Positions 1-14,520 of a stretch of 64,000 nucleotides of DNA are shown in pieces; the first letter of the stretch is position 1; every line of letters starts with the position of its first letter. The DNA is from Octopus vulgaris (taxonomy: Eukaryota). The position numbers and the translations under genes were made by a program. The DNA is taken from assembly GCA_951406725.2 (NCBI GenBank), contig OX597815.1:75950001-76014000 (forward strand), given 5' to 3'. The notes under the pieces are model-generated. The model searched no databases. It saw only the letters and a list, made by a program, of their open reading frames with translations, and was not told the DNA's origin.

Positions 1-741
1 CAAATGTGATGAGATTTCCCAGACAAATCAAGTAGCATGCCCAAATTACATAACTCCAGCTGTGACAACCCTCTAACCCATGCCAGTAAGGAAAGCAAAT
101 GTAAAAAAAAGATGATAATGATGTCAATGTTGAGGACATATTTCACACATATCTCCAAGAAAAATTGAGCAATAAACTGCTAAAGAAAATTATCTGTACA
201 CTTGGCATTTATCATTATTAATCACCCTCAATATTATTAATCATGACAATGACAAGTAACAGGTGTACGAATAACTTTCAGCAAGAGAGTTCACAAATAA
301 ATCCCTAGATGTAAAAAGTGAAAACTAAGTACTGAAAAGATGAATATCAACCTATAAAATTTTAAAAGAACTTGTGTTAAAATGAATTTAAAGCTAAAAC
401 ATAGCACTTATTATAACTGATTAAAAATTATAGAATGTCAAAACAGTAAACTTGACCTTTAAAGGATTAAAGAGAGTTTTTCAGTCAGCTGGACTGTAAG
501 TGAAACTGTCTTAAAACATCAAATGACATTTTTCATATCAAAACAGTGAAAAACTCTCAGCTTTAAAACAAATAATGCAGCAAGAAATCATTATAAACAG
601 ATTCGAAACTCTACAGAACAAATAAGCTTCTTTGAGTAAAATATGATACTGAGGGATGAAGCAAAAGAAAAGACTTATAATGGCAGTTCTACTAAATTCC
701 ATGTGCATAAATACATATTTTTAACTTCTGAATAAAGTAGA

Positions 742-1839
742 CTAGCAGTAAAACCCGGCCTTGCCCAGGATTAAGTTACGATTATTAAGCTAATCAAGTT
801 CTTTACTTCAAACCAAACTAAGTAATATCGACGTCAAATTTGGGCAAAATCCGTTGAAATTAGTTATATCATATATATATATATTAATATAATATAGTAT
901 AATTATATATGGGCAACAGACATGAACACACATACACACACGTACGTACGTACACCTATTGCATGTTTTGTGCACGCATACATGTTCATAAACAGAAATG
1001 AATGGAAAAAATGTTGTTAAATTTGTAGATTAACACTCGCATGATTTTCAATGAGAAAAAAAATCGTTTTTTTTTTTGCATGGAATCAACTACTCTGTCC
1101 TCTTAATATGCTACAAAACCCTTTTTGTGGTCCGTGAAACGAAGTGGGGTGTGGTGGAAGCCTCGCAAATTGTACCCATTTATATTGTGTAATTCACTGA
1201 CAAATTCTTAGCTACCTCTTCGTGTCTTTGTTGTTAAATAAATGGATTGTCAACAAAACACTTTTTTACTCGGCGTAAAATAAAAACAAAACTCTTTCGC
1301 ACCCAAAGTAATGTGTGTGAGAGAGAGAGAGAGGGGAAAGATAAACGATTTAAAATAAATATATTGTAATTGGTGTTTGAGAAAGTATTTATACTATGAT
1401 TATAAAATATAGTGTCTTTCAAAAACATCCTGAATTTGAACACTATATCTCGTGTTTAAGAAAAAACAAACCATTTTACATTTTATTTTTTTATGAACAT
1501 CATCACTTTCTCTCTCCCTCTCACTTTGTCTTTCCCTCTTTTTTATTTAGACGCTGTGAAACTACTTCTCTTCCACTTTTCTTTATCTTGTTTTTTTTTG
1601 TTAGACGCTGTCAAAAAGCTATGGCTGATATTTTTTATGGCTAAAAGCTATGGCTGAAAATAGATTTTTACTGCTATCCGCAGGTGCCTCGGTAAAAAAA
1701 TAAGTTGACAAAACCCAAATAGGATGTTGATGAATGTCTTCCTAAAATTTGAGTGACATGCGTGCTAATTTGTGGATGTGCATAAACTACAATCACGTAC
1801 ACACACACACACACACATCTTCCCTTATATATATACAGA
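742..1839 (-). mobile_element. Non-autonomous Helitron-like element
   Basis: Read on the minus strand it begins A|TCTGTATATATA (1839) and ends with a GC hairpin (CCCTGGGC-AAG-GCCGGG) followed by CTAG|T (742). Inserted between A and T with no TSD, and contains microsatellites. These are the standard Helitron termini. Confidence 0.7.
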
Positions 1840-1975
1840 TAACATATTTCTTGTAAGCATGGACATTTTTAAACATTTCAAAAACAGAAAATGCAGTTTT
1901 GTCTAGTAGAACTAATAACTATTGTAGATATAAAGAAATTATATCTGAAAAGTTAACATTTAATTTCAATATATA

Positions 1976-2029
<54 letters not shown>

Positions 2030-2145
2030 TCAAAGGTGTTTGATTGAACTGTTTTGACCCATATATGTAACTCCCAATAAATGTGTTGAATGCCCTTCTT
2101 GTGTGTGTGTATAATAAAATAAATATGCAAATACACATACATATA

Positions 2146-2625
2146 TCATCATCGTTTAACGTCCGCTTTCCATGCTAGCATGGGTTGGACGAATGATTGA
2201 GGGTTGGCAAACCAGAAGGCTGCACCAGGCTTCAATCTTGATCTGGCAGAGTTTCTACAGCTGGATGCTCTTCCAAACGCCAACCACTCAGAGATTGTAG
2301 TGGGTGCTTTTACATGCCACCGGCACAGGTGTCAGTAAGGCAATGCTGGTAATGATCACGCTAGAATGGTGTCTTTTACGTACCACTGGCACGGAGGCCA
2401 TATAGCCGCTCTGGCAACGATCACGCTCGGATGGTGCTCTTAATACCCTACTAGCACAGGGCTCGAGTGCCAGTAAGGTGATGCTGGTAATGATCACGCT
2501 TGAATGGTGCCTTTTAAATGCCACTGGCACAGAAGCCGGTTAGCCGCTCTGTCAATGATCACACTTGTAAGGTGCTCTTTGCACCCTGCTAGCACGGACG
2601 CCAATCATTGAATTTGAATTTGATA
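2146..2625 (-). mobile_element. 5'-truncated RTE LINE 3'UTR copy
   Basis: Reverse complement of the 3'UTR of the RTE at 40900-41385 (GTGCCGGTGGCA..AAAAGCACC units, CATCCAGCTGTAGAAA, GGACGTTAAACGATGATGA tail). Confidence 0.75.
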
Positions 2626-2634
2626 TATATATAT

Positions 2635-2689
<55 letters not shown>

Positions 2690-3639
2690 CATATATACAT
2701 ATAATATATATATATATATCTCCCTCTTTCTCCTTTACTCTCTATCGTTGTTCATACGTGACCATTGTCCATCTTTCCTTTCCTCATATGATCATCTTTT
2801 CTTTCCGGATGTCTTACAGACCAGATGCAGTCTTATCTGTCACCTATCTTTTCTCTTGTCAAAAACAATATTCCATTCCTCCAGCGTTCACTACCTTACG
2901 TCGTCTGGCCTAACAGCCCTCATGTTTGTTGTATGTCTCCATTGTCCTGTTTTTGTTACCAACTTTGACCCTCCACAAATCCCAAATTTTATTTTGGTTC
3001 GCAGGAGCAACTGCCTTTTTGAAGCTTCATATTGTCATTAATTGCTTGAAATGAGGAGTAGGTGGACAACTGACAACTGATGAAGGGTCATTTTTTATGT
3101 TACTCATCTTGCTTTCCATTTGTTTCTCTCATTGTTCGCATACCAAAGTCTGCCTTCGTATTTCATGTTGTTTTCATTTTGTGACGTCCTGTACCCATAT
3201 ATGCATATGTATATACACACACTCACACATAAAATATTTAGAAAATCTCCATCCCAATCATCCCTCAACCTCTTTTATAAAATGTGAGTAGCCATGTGAT
3301 CCCTCTACAGCAAGAAATCTATTCTGCTCTGGCCCCTTTCATTCCTCTTCTAGCATAAAACTGCCTCCCTCAGAGGTTGTTGTTTGGTAAGTTGCATGGT
3401 GACCTCACTAGTGCTAATGGTATGATAAAAAGCACCCAGTACATGCTGTAAAGTGGTTAGCATTAGGAAGGGCAACCAGCTGTAGAAACTATGCTAAAGT
3501 AGGTAATGAAGCATGATACTGTTCTTGAACCTATCAGATCCTATCAAACCATCCAACCCATGACAGCATGGAACATGGATGTTAAGTGATGATGATGAAA
3601 CATCATCAAGATATACCTAACCAGCAGTGGTGGAGGATG

Positions 3640-4150
3640 TTCAGAAAGCATAGCAGCCAGAACAAAATTTGAGTGCAAAAAGATCCGAGTTATTACTTCT
3701 GACGATAACCAAGGGTTTTTTTCTCCCAGTAAAGGTAGATTGTATGATGCTGGTGTGTGAACTGCATGCTGTATAGCAGTGAGACATGGGTAATAAATGA
3801 AGAAGAGGAGCAAAGGTTGGAAAGGAATGAAGCGAGTATGATCCAAGAGAAATGTAATGTTAGTTCAGATAAAGACAAATTACATGAACTGAGAGAACAA
3901 CTGGATATAAGAGAAATCAGATGTCATGTGCAAGAGAGATGATTGAGTTACTACAGACATGTAATGCATATGGATAATGACAGATGGGTACTAGGTGTAC
4001 CAAGTGGAAGGAACCAATCGAAAAATAAGGTCAAAAAGACATTGATGTAAATGGTGAAAGCAGGACAGAATAAAAGAATGCTGTCGTGGAGAAGACTCAA
4101 CTAACCCATGCAAGTATCAGAAAATAGACATGAAATAATGATGATAACAT
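3640..4150 (+). mobile_element. Degraded RTE LINE, C-terminal ORF fragment
   Basis: Translation MLYSSETW..LERNEASMI..CNVS..LREQLDIREIRCHVQER matches the C-terminus of the RTE at 40440-40660; ends in an ATGATG tail. Confidence 0.75.
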
Positions 4151-4561
4151 GTATACAATATTTATTCATGAAAAAAAATCTTCTGAAACATTTTTCACAA
4201 ACGCAAGTAGCCAACACAATTATACATCAAATGTCTTCAAATATGAAAGTGATTTGACTATATCTAAAATTACTAGCAACAATTTCAGAAGATGCCATGT
4301 GAGGGTATATGGTATGAAGACAGTTTTGAATATATAAAATAAAAACCAATGGAAATTATGTACAAAACAAATGAGACATTTTGGAAGAGTTTCTCATTAT
4401 ATAGTCATAGTTGGACATTCATTAACTTCCCAGTTAATTCAACTGACAAGAAGTCAATGAAATGATTATATAATATTTCCAGATAATTTATATATTCATG
4501 TACATTTAAGGCAGTAAGATGACTGAAATGGTAGTTTCAGCAAATATATATTTATTTAGTA

Positions 4562-4990
4562 TTGTAGGTGTGGGCATAGCTGTGTTAGTTAAAAAGTTTG
4601 CTTCTCAATCACACAGTCTCAGGTTCAGTCCCACTGTATGGCACCTTAGGCAAGTGTCTTCTATAGCTCCTAACTGACCAAAGTTTTATAAGTGGATTTG
4701 GTAAATGGAAACTGAAAAAAGCCTCTTATGTGTATATGTATGCCTATGAGAGAGCGTGTTTGTCACCTTGTCTTGACATCGCATGATAGTTGTAAATAAA
4801 ATAGTAGTGTCATTCATTTCCAATATTCAGCAAAAATACATATCTGGCCTTGGGGAAATATTACCTTACTTGGAAACAAGTGAAGGTTGGTGAAAAGTCG
4901 AGTATCCAGCCACAGAAAATCTGCCACAACAAATTCCGTCTGATCCATCCAAGAGAGGAAATGTGGACGTTAAAGGACGATGATGATATA
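4562..4990 (+). mobile_element. tRNA-derived SINE with RTE-type 3' tail
   Basis: Head GGTGTGGGCATAGCTGTGT..GGTTCAGTCCCACTG (A/B-box-like), shared with copies at 43806, 48120 and 50205; tail ends GGACGTTAAAGGACGATGATGA like the RTE. Confidence 0.7.
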
Positions 4991-7887
4991 ATAAACTGAA
5001 CCACACTGGTGGCATATTCATATCCAATACATGTATTTCTTTGTTTCTGAGCTCAGTATTTAATCACAGCTGTTGTGAAGAGATAGTAAACATTTTCAAG
5101 AGTGTTGAGTATAATAATAAACCAATCTCTTAACGCAAATGAACCTGGATTTAAAACAGGATTTAATCATTATCAATTTTTATTTTCAATATTCAGTAGG
5201 TGGTGTTAAATTCAACATCTTCCTAGGTTTAATGTTTTTCATAATCATTGGCATTATTAAAGGAAATGTTAACGGAATGAAAATCGTTAAGATGATCAAA
5301 TTTCACATTAACGTGATACATTATCGTTTCAATGACACTATGATGCAAAACAGAAATTTGAAGATTTATCCCCATAGTAACTATACTTAATCCTAGACAA
5401 ATATTGATATCACAAACATATCAGAGACGCAAAATGTTTGGACGGATTATACACATCTTGAGTTTAAATCCACTGTGGATTGCTGTATATTTGGGCAACG
5501 CACTTATAATATTCATTCATCTAGACAGATCTGGGAGTCTTAACAGATCTGATGTACCATTCTGGAGGGAGTCATGTATCACCCAATGTTTATAAGCTCA
5601 TTAGGACTGTTGAGTGTATTTATCTGATATTACGCTTATATACTCAGTATTATGATGTTTCTTTTTTTTTTCTTCCATACGATAGCCTTTGTATGTATGT
5701 GCATGTATATGTGTGTGCGTGCGCGGGCGAACATGCACACAACAAACTATAATGCTTTAAATAAGTATTACCCTACACAACACACACAGCGTTGAGTAGC
5801 ATCAAGGATTTTATAGAGAATTTCCAATAAAGGCCAATTAGGGAGCTGTTGAACTGTTATTTGATATTCTGTTTATTCATTACAAAAGAAAGAAACGAAG
5901 AATAAAAAAACAGTTATTCAGCATCAGATAGATAGAAAACAAACAAAAAAGATAAGAGTACAAGAATTTTAAAAAAAACGAAACACTGACAATTTACATT
6001 AAACTAAAATCCTTAAGACAAATATTTAAAAAATAGGTTTAAGAAGCTAATTGTACACTTCTCAATACATTATTTTAAAAGAATACATACGAACAATCAA
6101 CTATTTTAGAAGAAGAGCCACCATTTACTTGAATAAACTAAATTATTGACTTATTTGTGTAACAAGTCTAATTCTTCACATCAAGACACATTGGATATAT
6201 CGTGCTGAAAATGTGGAACATGCTGAGATTTCAGACTGATTATAGAAAGGCAGGCATTAAATAGTTAATAAACAAAGATTAGAACTGTTGGTAGGGATTA
6301 AAATTACATGACAATAGATTAGAATGCTATGTATGGGTTTGGGATATAGCATTGCAAATATCTGTATTTTTCGATGAAGAACGGAAGAATTTGTTAAACA
6401 GAATCTTCCAGATCACAAATACAAATTAAGAATTGAAGAATATTTTAATTATCAATATATATTAGATAAAATTAAAATATTCTTCAATTTTTAAGAATTA
6501 TATATATGTTAGCACAACATATATACAAATATATGTGAATATATACACACATGCATATACCCGCATGCTACATGTATACATGATATGAGAGGTGCGAAAC
6601 TGCATTAGCCCCCATATATCATGTGTGTGTAAACACAGACACACACATATATACACACTACATATAACAATCTGAAATATATTTTGTGTGTACAAAATAG
6701 CTTACAATAATCATAAACACAGAAAATACTCGGCCTACATCCAAAACTTACAAAATGTTCTACTGTGATTTCATATTTTATATATTTGTTGAAGATGCAG
6801 ATACTGATAATGTGAAATACCCACAAGGTATAAGATAACACGGAGAACAAATGAAGAATTTTATTTAAATATAATTTATAAAACAAATGATTATGATTAA
6901 GTCTTCCTTGGGTGCAGTAATGATTTCTCGCTCTTTCACACACACCACTGTAAAAGTTGAATAGAAAGAAGAGAACAAGTTTAAATTATAACATCTACGT
7001 GCAAATAACTAAGTAATGGGTCCCATTTTCCTTTCTACCTAGATACAATTTTTGTTTCACACGCAACTAGTGTTATTCTAAAGATATCCCCGTAAGATAA
7101 TACAAAACTTGAAGCTTTAAGTTAACAAATTATAGATATCGACACAAATATATACATACACACACATATACATACATACACAAATACTTTCTAAGCGATC
7201 ATCATTTGAGTACCATATATGAGTTAATAGATGAAATAACAGCTTAACACCTTCCCCACAAAGGTGTGTTATCACGATCATTTCCAGCTGATTTATTAAT
7301 CAATCCACACACATGCCGATAAGAAGTGACGTTCTGGAGGGCAATTTAATTTCAACGCGCATCAACATTTTTTTTTCTTTTAATAAAAAATATGAAATGT
7401 AGAAACAGTTGAGATGTAATTGAAGCTTAAATTCATCACAGTAGATTCTTGTGTCGAGGTGCTTAAATGGGAGTGTAAACCAGTTTAGCACTGACATAAC
7501 AGCAAACATGTAAGTTGTCATCATGCGGATGTTAAAAAGTCTGTTGTTAATTAATATAGATGTTAATTAACTTGATGACCGGTAAAATAATTTTAAAAAA
7601 GAAAGGAAAAGAAACCGGAAAATTGTTCGATTGACGAAATTTGGGTATTTTATATAAAATTACAGCAAGTCTTTCCAAAATTACAATTGCATAGCTAAAC
7701 GCAACCGTTCCCATCTATTTGTAACAGGCGCACGTTATAAACACACACGCTGACATGCATATGGATATACACAAAACTACATGCTAACATACATTATATA
7801 AATACTTGTATCATGTGTGTTAGTGTCTACAAACATTTATGGTACAAATCCGTAAACGGCTGCAAGCAATAGTGAAGTTCGACGAAC

Positions 7888-8002
7888 CTTTACATGCGCT
7901 GATGAGATAGTATCCGTACTGAGTTATATCACTGAAAGCCAAGTAAACTACAGGCCGGGTATGACCAGAACAAGTGAGCGGTGTCTGCCTGAAGTTGGAC
8001 AT
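7888..8002 (-). CDS. STRAP: Serine-threonine kinase receptor-associated protein (STRAP/UNRIP, WD40), first coding exon
   Basis: MSNFRQTPLTCSGHTRPVVYLAFSDITQYGYYLISACK is nearly identical to the STRAP N-terminus (MRQTPLTCSGHTRPVVDLAFS..YGYFLISACKD). The exon ends in phase 1 at donor GTTCGT, where the conserved D codon would be split. No further exon was recognised inside the window. Confidence 0.93.
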
Positions 8003-8074
8003 CTTCACCGAGAGAGAAGTGTGTATGCGTGTATCTGTATGTGTGTGCGAGTATAAAAATAGATAAATTTATAT

Positions 8075-8150
8075 TTGTAGATTGGTTATCCTCTCTACGG
8101 TGTGAATGTGCGGTAGATGGTAAAACGCCGACAACTTCACTTCCGGTAGG
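8075..8150 (-). promoter_or_regulatory. STRAP promoter region with ETS and CCAAT motifs
   Basis: ACCGGAAGTG (ETS/GABPA consensus) on the minus strand at 8138-8147 and CCAAT at 8081-8085, in a locally CpG-richer stretch 80-150 bp upstream of the ATG. Confidence 0.55.
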
Positions 8151-8350
8151 ACTGCACCAAAATTATTAAACCGAGTTGAATATAGATTTAAATGTAACGA
8201 TATTTAATTTCGATATTTCGACGAGTGGGAAAAGTTAATTTTCGTAAACTAGTAAATTGCTAAAATGTTATGATGCTAAAATATTTAAGCTAATGATTTT
8301 AATTACTATCAAAATTGTAATCTACAAGAATCCAAGGAACTATAAAAAAA

Positions 8351-8725
8351 CATACATACATACATACATACATACATACATACATACATACATACATACA
8401 TACATACATACATACATACATACATACATACATACATACATACATACATACATACATACATACATACATACATACATACATACATACATACATACATACA
8501 TACATACATACATACATACATACATACATACATACATACATACATACATACATACATACATACATACATACATACATACATACATACATACATACATACA
8601 TACATACATACATACATACATACATACATACATACATACATACATACATACATACATACATACATACATACATACATACAAACAAACAAACAAACAAACA
8701 AACAAACAAACAAACAAACAAACAA
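8351..8725. repeat. Compound microsatellite (CATA)n-(CAAA)n
   Basis: About 330 bp of perfect CATA followed by about 45 bp of CAAA; it explains the spurious TYIH/MYVC ORFs. Confidence 0.98.
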
Positions 8726-9556
8726 GTGTGAACTAACATATTTAATGTTGTAAGGCAAAAATAATTTTTCAATCAACTGAAATTAAACCAGAAATGAGAA
8801 ACAAAGTCATTAGCAATAAAGATAATTCTTTGTAAGGGAAGAACTCTGAACTCTGAATTGATTAAAAATTAAATGGAGATGTGCAGCAGAGAGGAAATTT
8901 TTTCGTTTATAAGTACAATTCCATACCTGTTTCACTCATAGTTTATATTCTAAATTAAGTATCATCTTCCATGTACATTCAGCCAATACCTGAGTTATAG
9001 TTTGTGTGGAAAAATTATTCATTGATAGGGTAATTAGATATTAAGGATACTGGAAATTTTCACAAGAGTGCTTTCTGTATGGTGAACTAATGTATTTAAT
9101 GTAGTAAATAAAAATAATTTTTAAGCAATTAATATTAGACCTCTAATATAAAGAAAATTTATTTGTGTTAATGATAAATCTTGTCAAGGAAAGCAAGAAA
9201 GAGAACCCTTAAATTTGAATTGATAAAAGATTAAAAGGTGACATGCAGGTGTATACATGGATTTATACTTAACTATATGTTCTTCATGTAGAAGGCACCC
9301 TTATGAAATATTTCAAAATCATTATTTAAAATTGTCTAATCAGGAAACAATTTTATATTTATTTAGATATTCTAAGATGTAGTTATTTTTTTTTACCCAA
9401 TATTTCTCTGAGGAGATTTAACAAAACTAAAACATGCCCAGGACTAGAGTTGCCAACATTCTTTCCAAAGATGAAATTCAGTCTCCACTTCATGTCATGT
9501 CTCCATTAAATTTTTAATTTAAATTTCAGGGATCTCTTGCCAAGAACTGTAATTAA

Positions 9557-9770
9557 CCTTTTTGATACCAACTGAAGCTGCCTCTGGCTCTGTAGTACAA
9601 GTGTCTCATTTTCAAACATTCTGAATTAAAATCTTCCACCAAACCTTAGTCACAATTTATGTTCCTAACACTAGCCTAATGATAACTAAGTTATTTTACT
9701 AAATTTTTTGTTATACTTAAAATTAATTGAAAGAAACACAGAACATCTCAGAAATATGGTAACAAAAAGG
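9557..9770. mobile_element. piggyBac-like MITE
   Basis: TTAA|CCTTTTTGATACC ... GGTAACAAAAAGG|TTAA: terminal inverted repeats plus TTAA TSD. Related copies at ~12999-13204 and ~49760-49940. Confidence 0.75.
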
Positions 9771-10139
9771 TTAAAGCAAATTACTTTAATTCTTAATTTG
9801 AGAGTAATTTAATTGATTGAGAATTTTTAATGATTTCCAACATTAAGTATGTTAGATTCCATTTGACTCTGCACACATATATATACGTCTGTGTATCTGT
9901 GTGCATACATGCATGTGTGTTGTCTTTGTATCTAAAAAGACAAGGTAAGAAGTACTTGCCCAAACTAAAATTACACATATTAATTATTAAATGCAAAAAT
10001 TATACGATGCCATGACACTCTGTCAATCAAAGTCAACCGTTCACCTACACATACATGTATGCACAGATCTAGATAAGATTTCTTTCAGAAAACTGGCAGT
10101 TGCCTAGTTCCCTTCTCCACCCTACTGATGTTCATCCAA

Positions 10140-11930
10140 GAGAAAGTGTTGTCTAGAAAAACTCACATTGTTACCAAGTAACTTATTTTTGTGTTCTGCT
10201 TATTAAAAAGTTTATGCCATTTATGCTTGCTTGGGAAGTTTTGCCTAATTGGGGCTAAAAAAAAATTCTTGGTTATGTTTATGAAGATATCTTAGCTGAA
10301 CAGAGGATTGAGCAACCTTTTTTCCTCTTTATGATTTCCTTCAAGATTAGGAATGGAAGATCTTCTATGTGTATTAACTGAAGCTACTCCTTGCCACTCA
10401 TCATCATAGAGCTCAGATCCAGCAAAACTATTTCTGTCTGAAGTTAAACTGAAGTTTCTTTTGTTGATACAGGCACCAAGTTTCTAATTTCAGTTGAGGG
10501 TCTGTAGAATTCCTGTGAATGAAGTTATGATATCCTCATTACACATTGTATAGGGATAGTATTTACCTTGATTAAGATTTACAGTAATGTCGAAATTATT
10601 TTCCAAATTATTATTCCAAATTATTTTTCAATGTAAGATCAAAGGTGCTGTTAGTAGATGCTTTATTGTAATGACTTTACATATTGTAAACAGGTGTATT
10701 CATCATTCTTCTCATCATCATTATCTTTTATTGTCTGGCATGGATTGAATAGTTTGACAGGATGTGGTGGTTTGCAGGAATGCATTATGCTCCAAAGCTC
10801 ACTTTGGCATAGTTTCTACAGCTGGGTGCTCTTCCAAATGCCACTCATTTTCTGCTGTGTGCTTTTTTCATGGCACCAATACTAGTGAGGTTGCCATGTA
10901 ACTCACAAAACTAAGATCCCCATTGACTGAGTAGATCTACAGTCAAGACAGAAATAGTTTTATGCTAGGTAATGAGAGGTTAACATATGGAAGAAAAGGC
11001 CAGGTCAGAACAGCTTTCTTTCTGTAGAGGTTCTACATGGTTACTCACATTATAGAAGAGTTGATGGGATTAACCAAAAGAGAGATAAAATACTGGTTAT
11101 GAAGTGTCAGGGTGGACCTTCAATGTACAAGAAGGTGAATAGAACTCTCCTTTGAAATATTATACAATGAATTTAACTTGTTCTACTCTTGTGATGAACT
11201 CTCCAGTCAAAGAAGACATATGAGTGTTTACCTTTTGCTGAATGACCCGCACAAATGATTTGTTTATAGTGATCAAATGTATGTGCTGTACATTAGCTCA
11301 CTCCCTCCATCAAATCAACATTGCCTGAACAGGTACATGGTGTACCGCACGTCAGGTGTCAAAGTGATCGCAGAGCAAAACACGAGATGAAATGTTTTGC
11401 ACAAGAACACAATGTACCACCCAGTCTAGGAACTGAAACTATGATCTCACATTCATGAGTGCAACATCCTAAGTATTTTATGTGATCACTTGTTGTTTTT
11501 TAACATACTCATAATAACTTAAAGTTTTAAATAAAGTAAAAACTATTAACAACAAACTATTTCAAACACATATTTTAATTTAGATATTCTGTTAAGTTTA
11601 CAATAGTTTCTGAGTTGTAAAGTTCATGTGTCAGGCTATGTGCCAGTTTAAAGTTGGAAAAATTCCAACAAGAGAAAGGAAATGAGTTTGGTTTATTGAA
11701 TGATTTAGGATGTAATGTAAATTGGAGAGTCATAGTACCAAGACACAGATTGTCTAGAAGAAGCATCAAAGGTTGCTGGCTGAAAAAAAAAATAACAATG
11801 AAATTTGGACATGCAATATAAAAGAAAATTCGAACTGGTGTGAGTGTACTTTTAGTTGATGGTTATTGGTTAAGTCAGATGTAGGCCAAAATTAATCAAG
11901 AACAGAGAGAGGGGGGGGGGGGTAATATTT
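10140..11930 (-). mobile_element. Penelope-like element remnants (GIY-YIG end), interrupted by SINE/RTE tails
   Basis: Degraded minus-strand frames resemble the Penelope C-terminus (..HKNKLL.., YCMSKF.., poly-Pro stretch); heavily mutated. Confidence 0.4.
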
Positions 11931-12319
11931 TTTTTTACATATTCAGTTGTTTGGTAAAGATGTTGCTATTGTTGATAATGGAAGTAACCTACTTTTACAA
12001 GAGTCTGAAAATGTTCTAAGTTGGAAAATTACTGGATGACACCAGAGTATTTAGACTTTCTGGTTTGAAAAAATATTTTTTTCAATACTTTAACACTTTA
12101 ATATTAAAAGGATTAAAAGTGGTGAAGTGACAAAAAAATGGCACAGTGTCTGACTAAATACCTTGGAGTATTCAGTTACATTACTTGGCATTTCTGAGAC
12201 AATATCTCACCAAGGATCACTTTGTTTTTTATTACTTCAAATACTAGTACCATATTTGATGGCATAAAAGATGCTTAAGGATATTATGCACCCCAATTTC
12301 GGCAGCACATATTAAGAAT

Positions 12320-14520
12320 ATAAAGTTTCTAATGCATTAAAGCATGTAATTTTTAATGCAATCTTGGATATAGTTCCTGGGAATAATTCTTGAGACATTT
12401 TGAGAGAAAAAAAGTGTGTCTTATATGCCTTAAATACAGTAACTGAATGCCATAAACCAAAATCAATGATCCAAGCCAATACCAATCTCTGGAGCACAAA
12501 TGGTCAAAAATCAATTGAGAAAATAGAAGAACCCTACTAACATCTCAAGGTGTCATGATAGCACATCCCAAGCACAATGTTTGAAAAGAGTAAAACAGTC
12601 AATATTAAAAAGCAACAGGTTTTGGAAAAGGCAAATGTTCCCCAGGAAGGAAAATGTCAAGCAGTAAAATTGATCAACATTAGTAAAAAAGCAGTTAGCC
12701 AAATCTGAAGAACTGGTGCTAAACAAAGGGCTTTTTGTTACTACTATCAAGTAAATTCCTTATTTAGACATCATACCCAATCAAAAAATCAGTCATTGTA
12801 CTTGAAAAATTGGTCAAAATGTATTGAAGAAGATCAAACTTCAAAAACCATGACAACAAAACCCTCCAGAAGCATAGCAGATAAATCTACTACCTTCAGA
12901 CAAGAGCAGAAAGGTAATGCAGCTGCTATCTCTGATAGGATATAACACTATGACAAGTTGAGGACATTTTTAAATCAGGATAACTACAAGAAGATAAGCC
13001 TTTTGTTACCATATTTCTGATTTTTCTTTCAGTTAATTTATAAAACAATAAAGATTATAGTAGAATGACTTTGTTTTATTAAGTTCAGTTTCAAACGAAC
13101 ATAAACCTGGAATTATAAAAGGAAGCTTTAATTTAGATCACTTTAAAACAGGATGTTAGTACCATAAAACCAGGAAGGTCTTGGGAGATTTGATACCAAA
13201 AGAGTTAAAGAAAAGCCTCGCTTCATCAACATTTTGTCAATTGTGCATAAAAACATTTTACTGACTATAAATACAAAGAGCTTATACAACACAATAATTA
13301 GCTACCTATATATATATATACACACACAAACACATACAGAAGAAAGGCATCAAGTCTTAAAAAGAATGCCAAAGTACACAATAGCACTTGATGCAATCCT
13401 TTGCTTTACCAACACCTGTCAAACTGTTCAGCCTATGCCAGCATGGAAGGCAGATGTTAAATGATGATGACTTGGGATACCTTTGGGTCTATTGTTAGAT
13501 GCAGACACTCAGCATATTATCTACTGAGTTTTTTTTCTGATTAACATCCTTTCCCCACTCTTGGTACTTTTGAGCAGAACTTCTCATGTGAAAAATTGAA
13601 CATGCTTCATAGAACAAGTTGAGTACAAGCAAATCATGTCCAGTTATGATGTGGTAAACCTATTAACAATGATTCTAACAGACGATGCCTTGTCAATTGT
13701 CGTGATTGTCAGGAGCAGACAAGAAAAAAAAACCCCCAAAGTCTTCATGAGCGCAAAACTACCAACTGATCACTGCTTTCTGGTGGAAAATAAAATTTAC
13801 CATAAATGAAAGGGTTGGCTATGGGTTTATTATCAAGAGTAATAGGTAAACCTATATGGAACACTTTGAAGATTCTAGCTCTAATAAGTACCACACTAAA
13901 AATCAACAGCTCGATGAAGAAATATGGATAACACCAAGTTCAACTTGGTGTTATCCACATATATCAATTTAGTTTACCTAGAAGAGGGCATGTAACAATG
14001 AACTACCATTCTTTGGTGTATTGGTTCAAAGACAGAAGCAGGTTTCATAGCATCAATGCATCAAAAACCAATAGCCGGTGAACTCTACTTAAATTATGAT
14101 TAACTTCCAAAATGAAATTATCTAATACCACTAATTGTGTTTGAGGAGAGTCACCAAATCCAAAAACAAAATAATACCACTAACTTTGGACAAAAGAAAG
14201 ACCTGCATCAATATTTCAATTTATATGGAAGAAATGATTCACCTGGAAATGACATTTCTGAGTAACAAATACCTGGTCCATCATATAAGGTATACAATTA
14301 CTTTCAAGCACAGAATAGAGACTAAATCAAACTCTATTATGTCTCCACATTACTATAAGAATTTGTCAGAGAGAATTCAGAGAATCTACAACACAAAACA
14401 TTAGAGCACAATTCTGATGTACCTAGCATTTTAGAAAGGAACTATATTCAAAAGTAATGTTAAACTTTAGATTGATCACCAAATTAAATCTACTCATGGA
14501 TAGCTTGAACATAAGAATTT
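12320..14520 (+). mobile_element. Degraded Penelope-like retroelement (RT)
   Basis: Broken frames give KGNAA..DR..YDKL..LN.DNYKKI (~12910), SYDVVNL.T (~13642), GLAMG (~13812) and LPFFGVLV (~14003). This is the Penelope RT motif order; split by a MITE and an RTE tail. Confidence 0.6.

Noticed and set aside
3010-3095. Possible hammerhead ribozyme (CTGATGA; GAAGC..GCTTGAAA)
   Set aside because: The core elements are not in the required order with supporting stems; at most a decayed Penelope relic.
5419-5628. Possible MITE (TATCAGA..TCTGATA)
   Set aside because: The inverted match is only about 7 bp, insufficient without other copies.
8257-8776. 125-159 aa ORFs (TYIH/MYVC repeats)
   Set aside because: Translations of the (CATA)n microsatellite.
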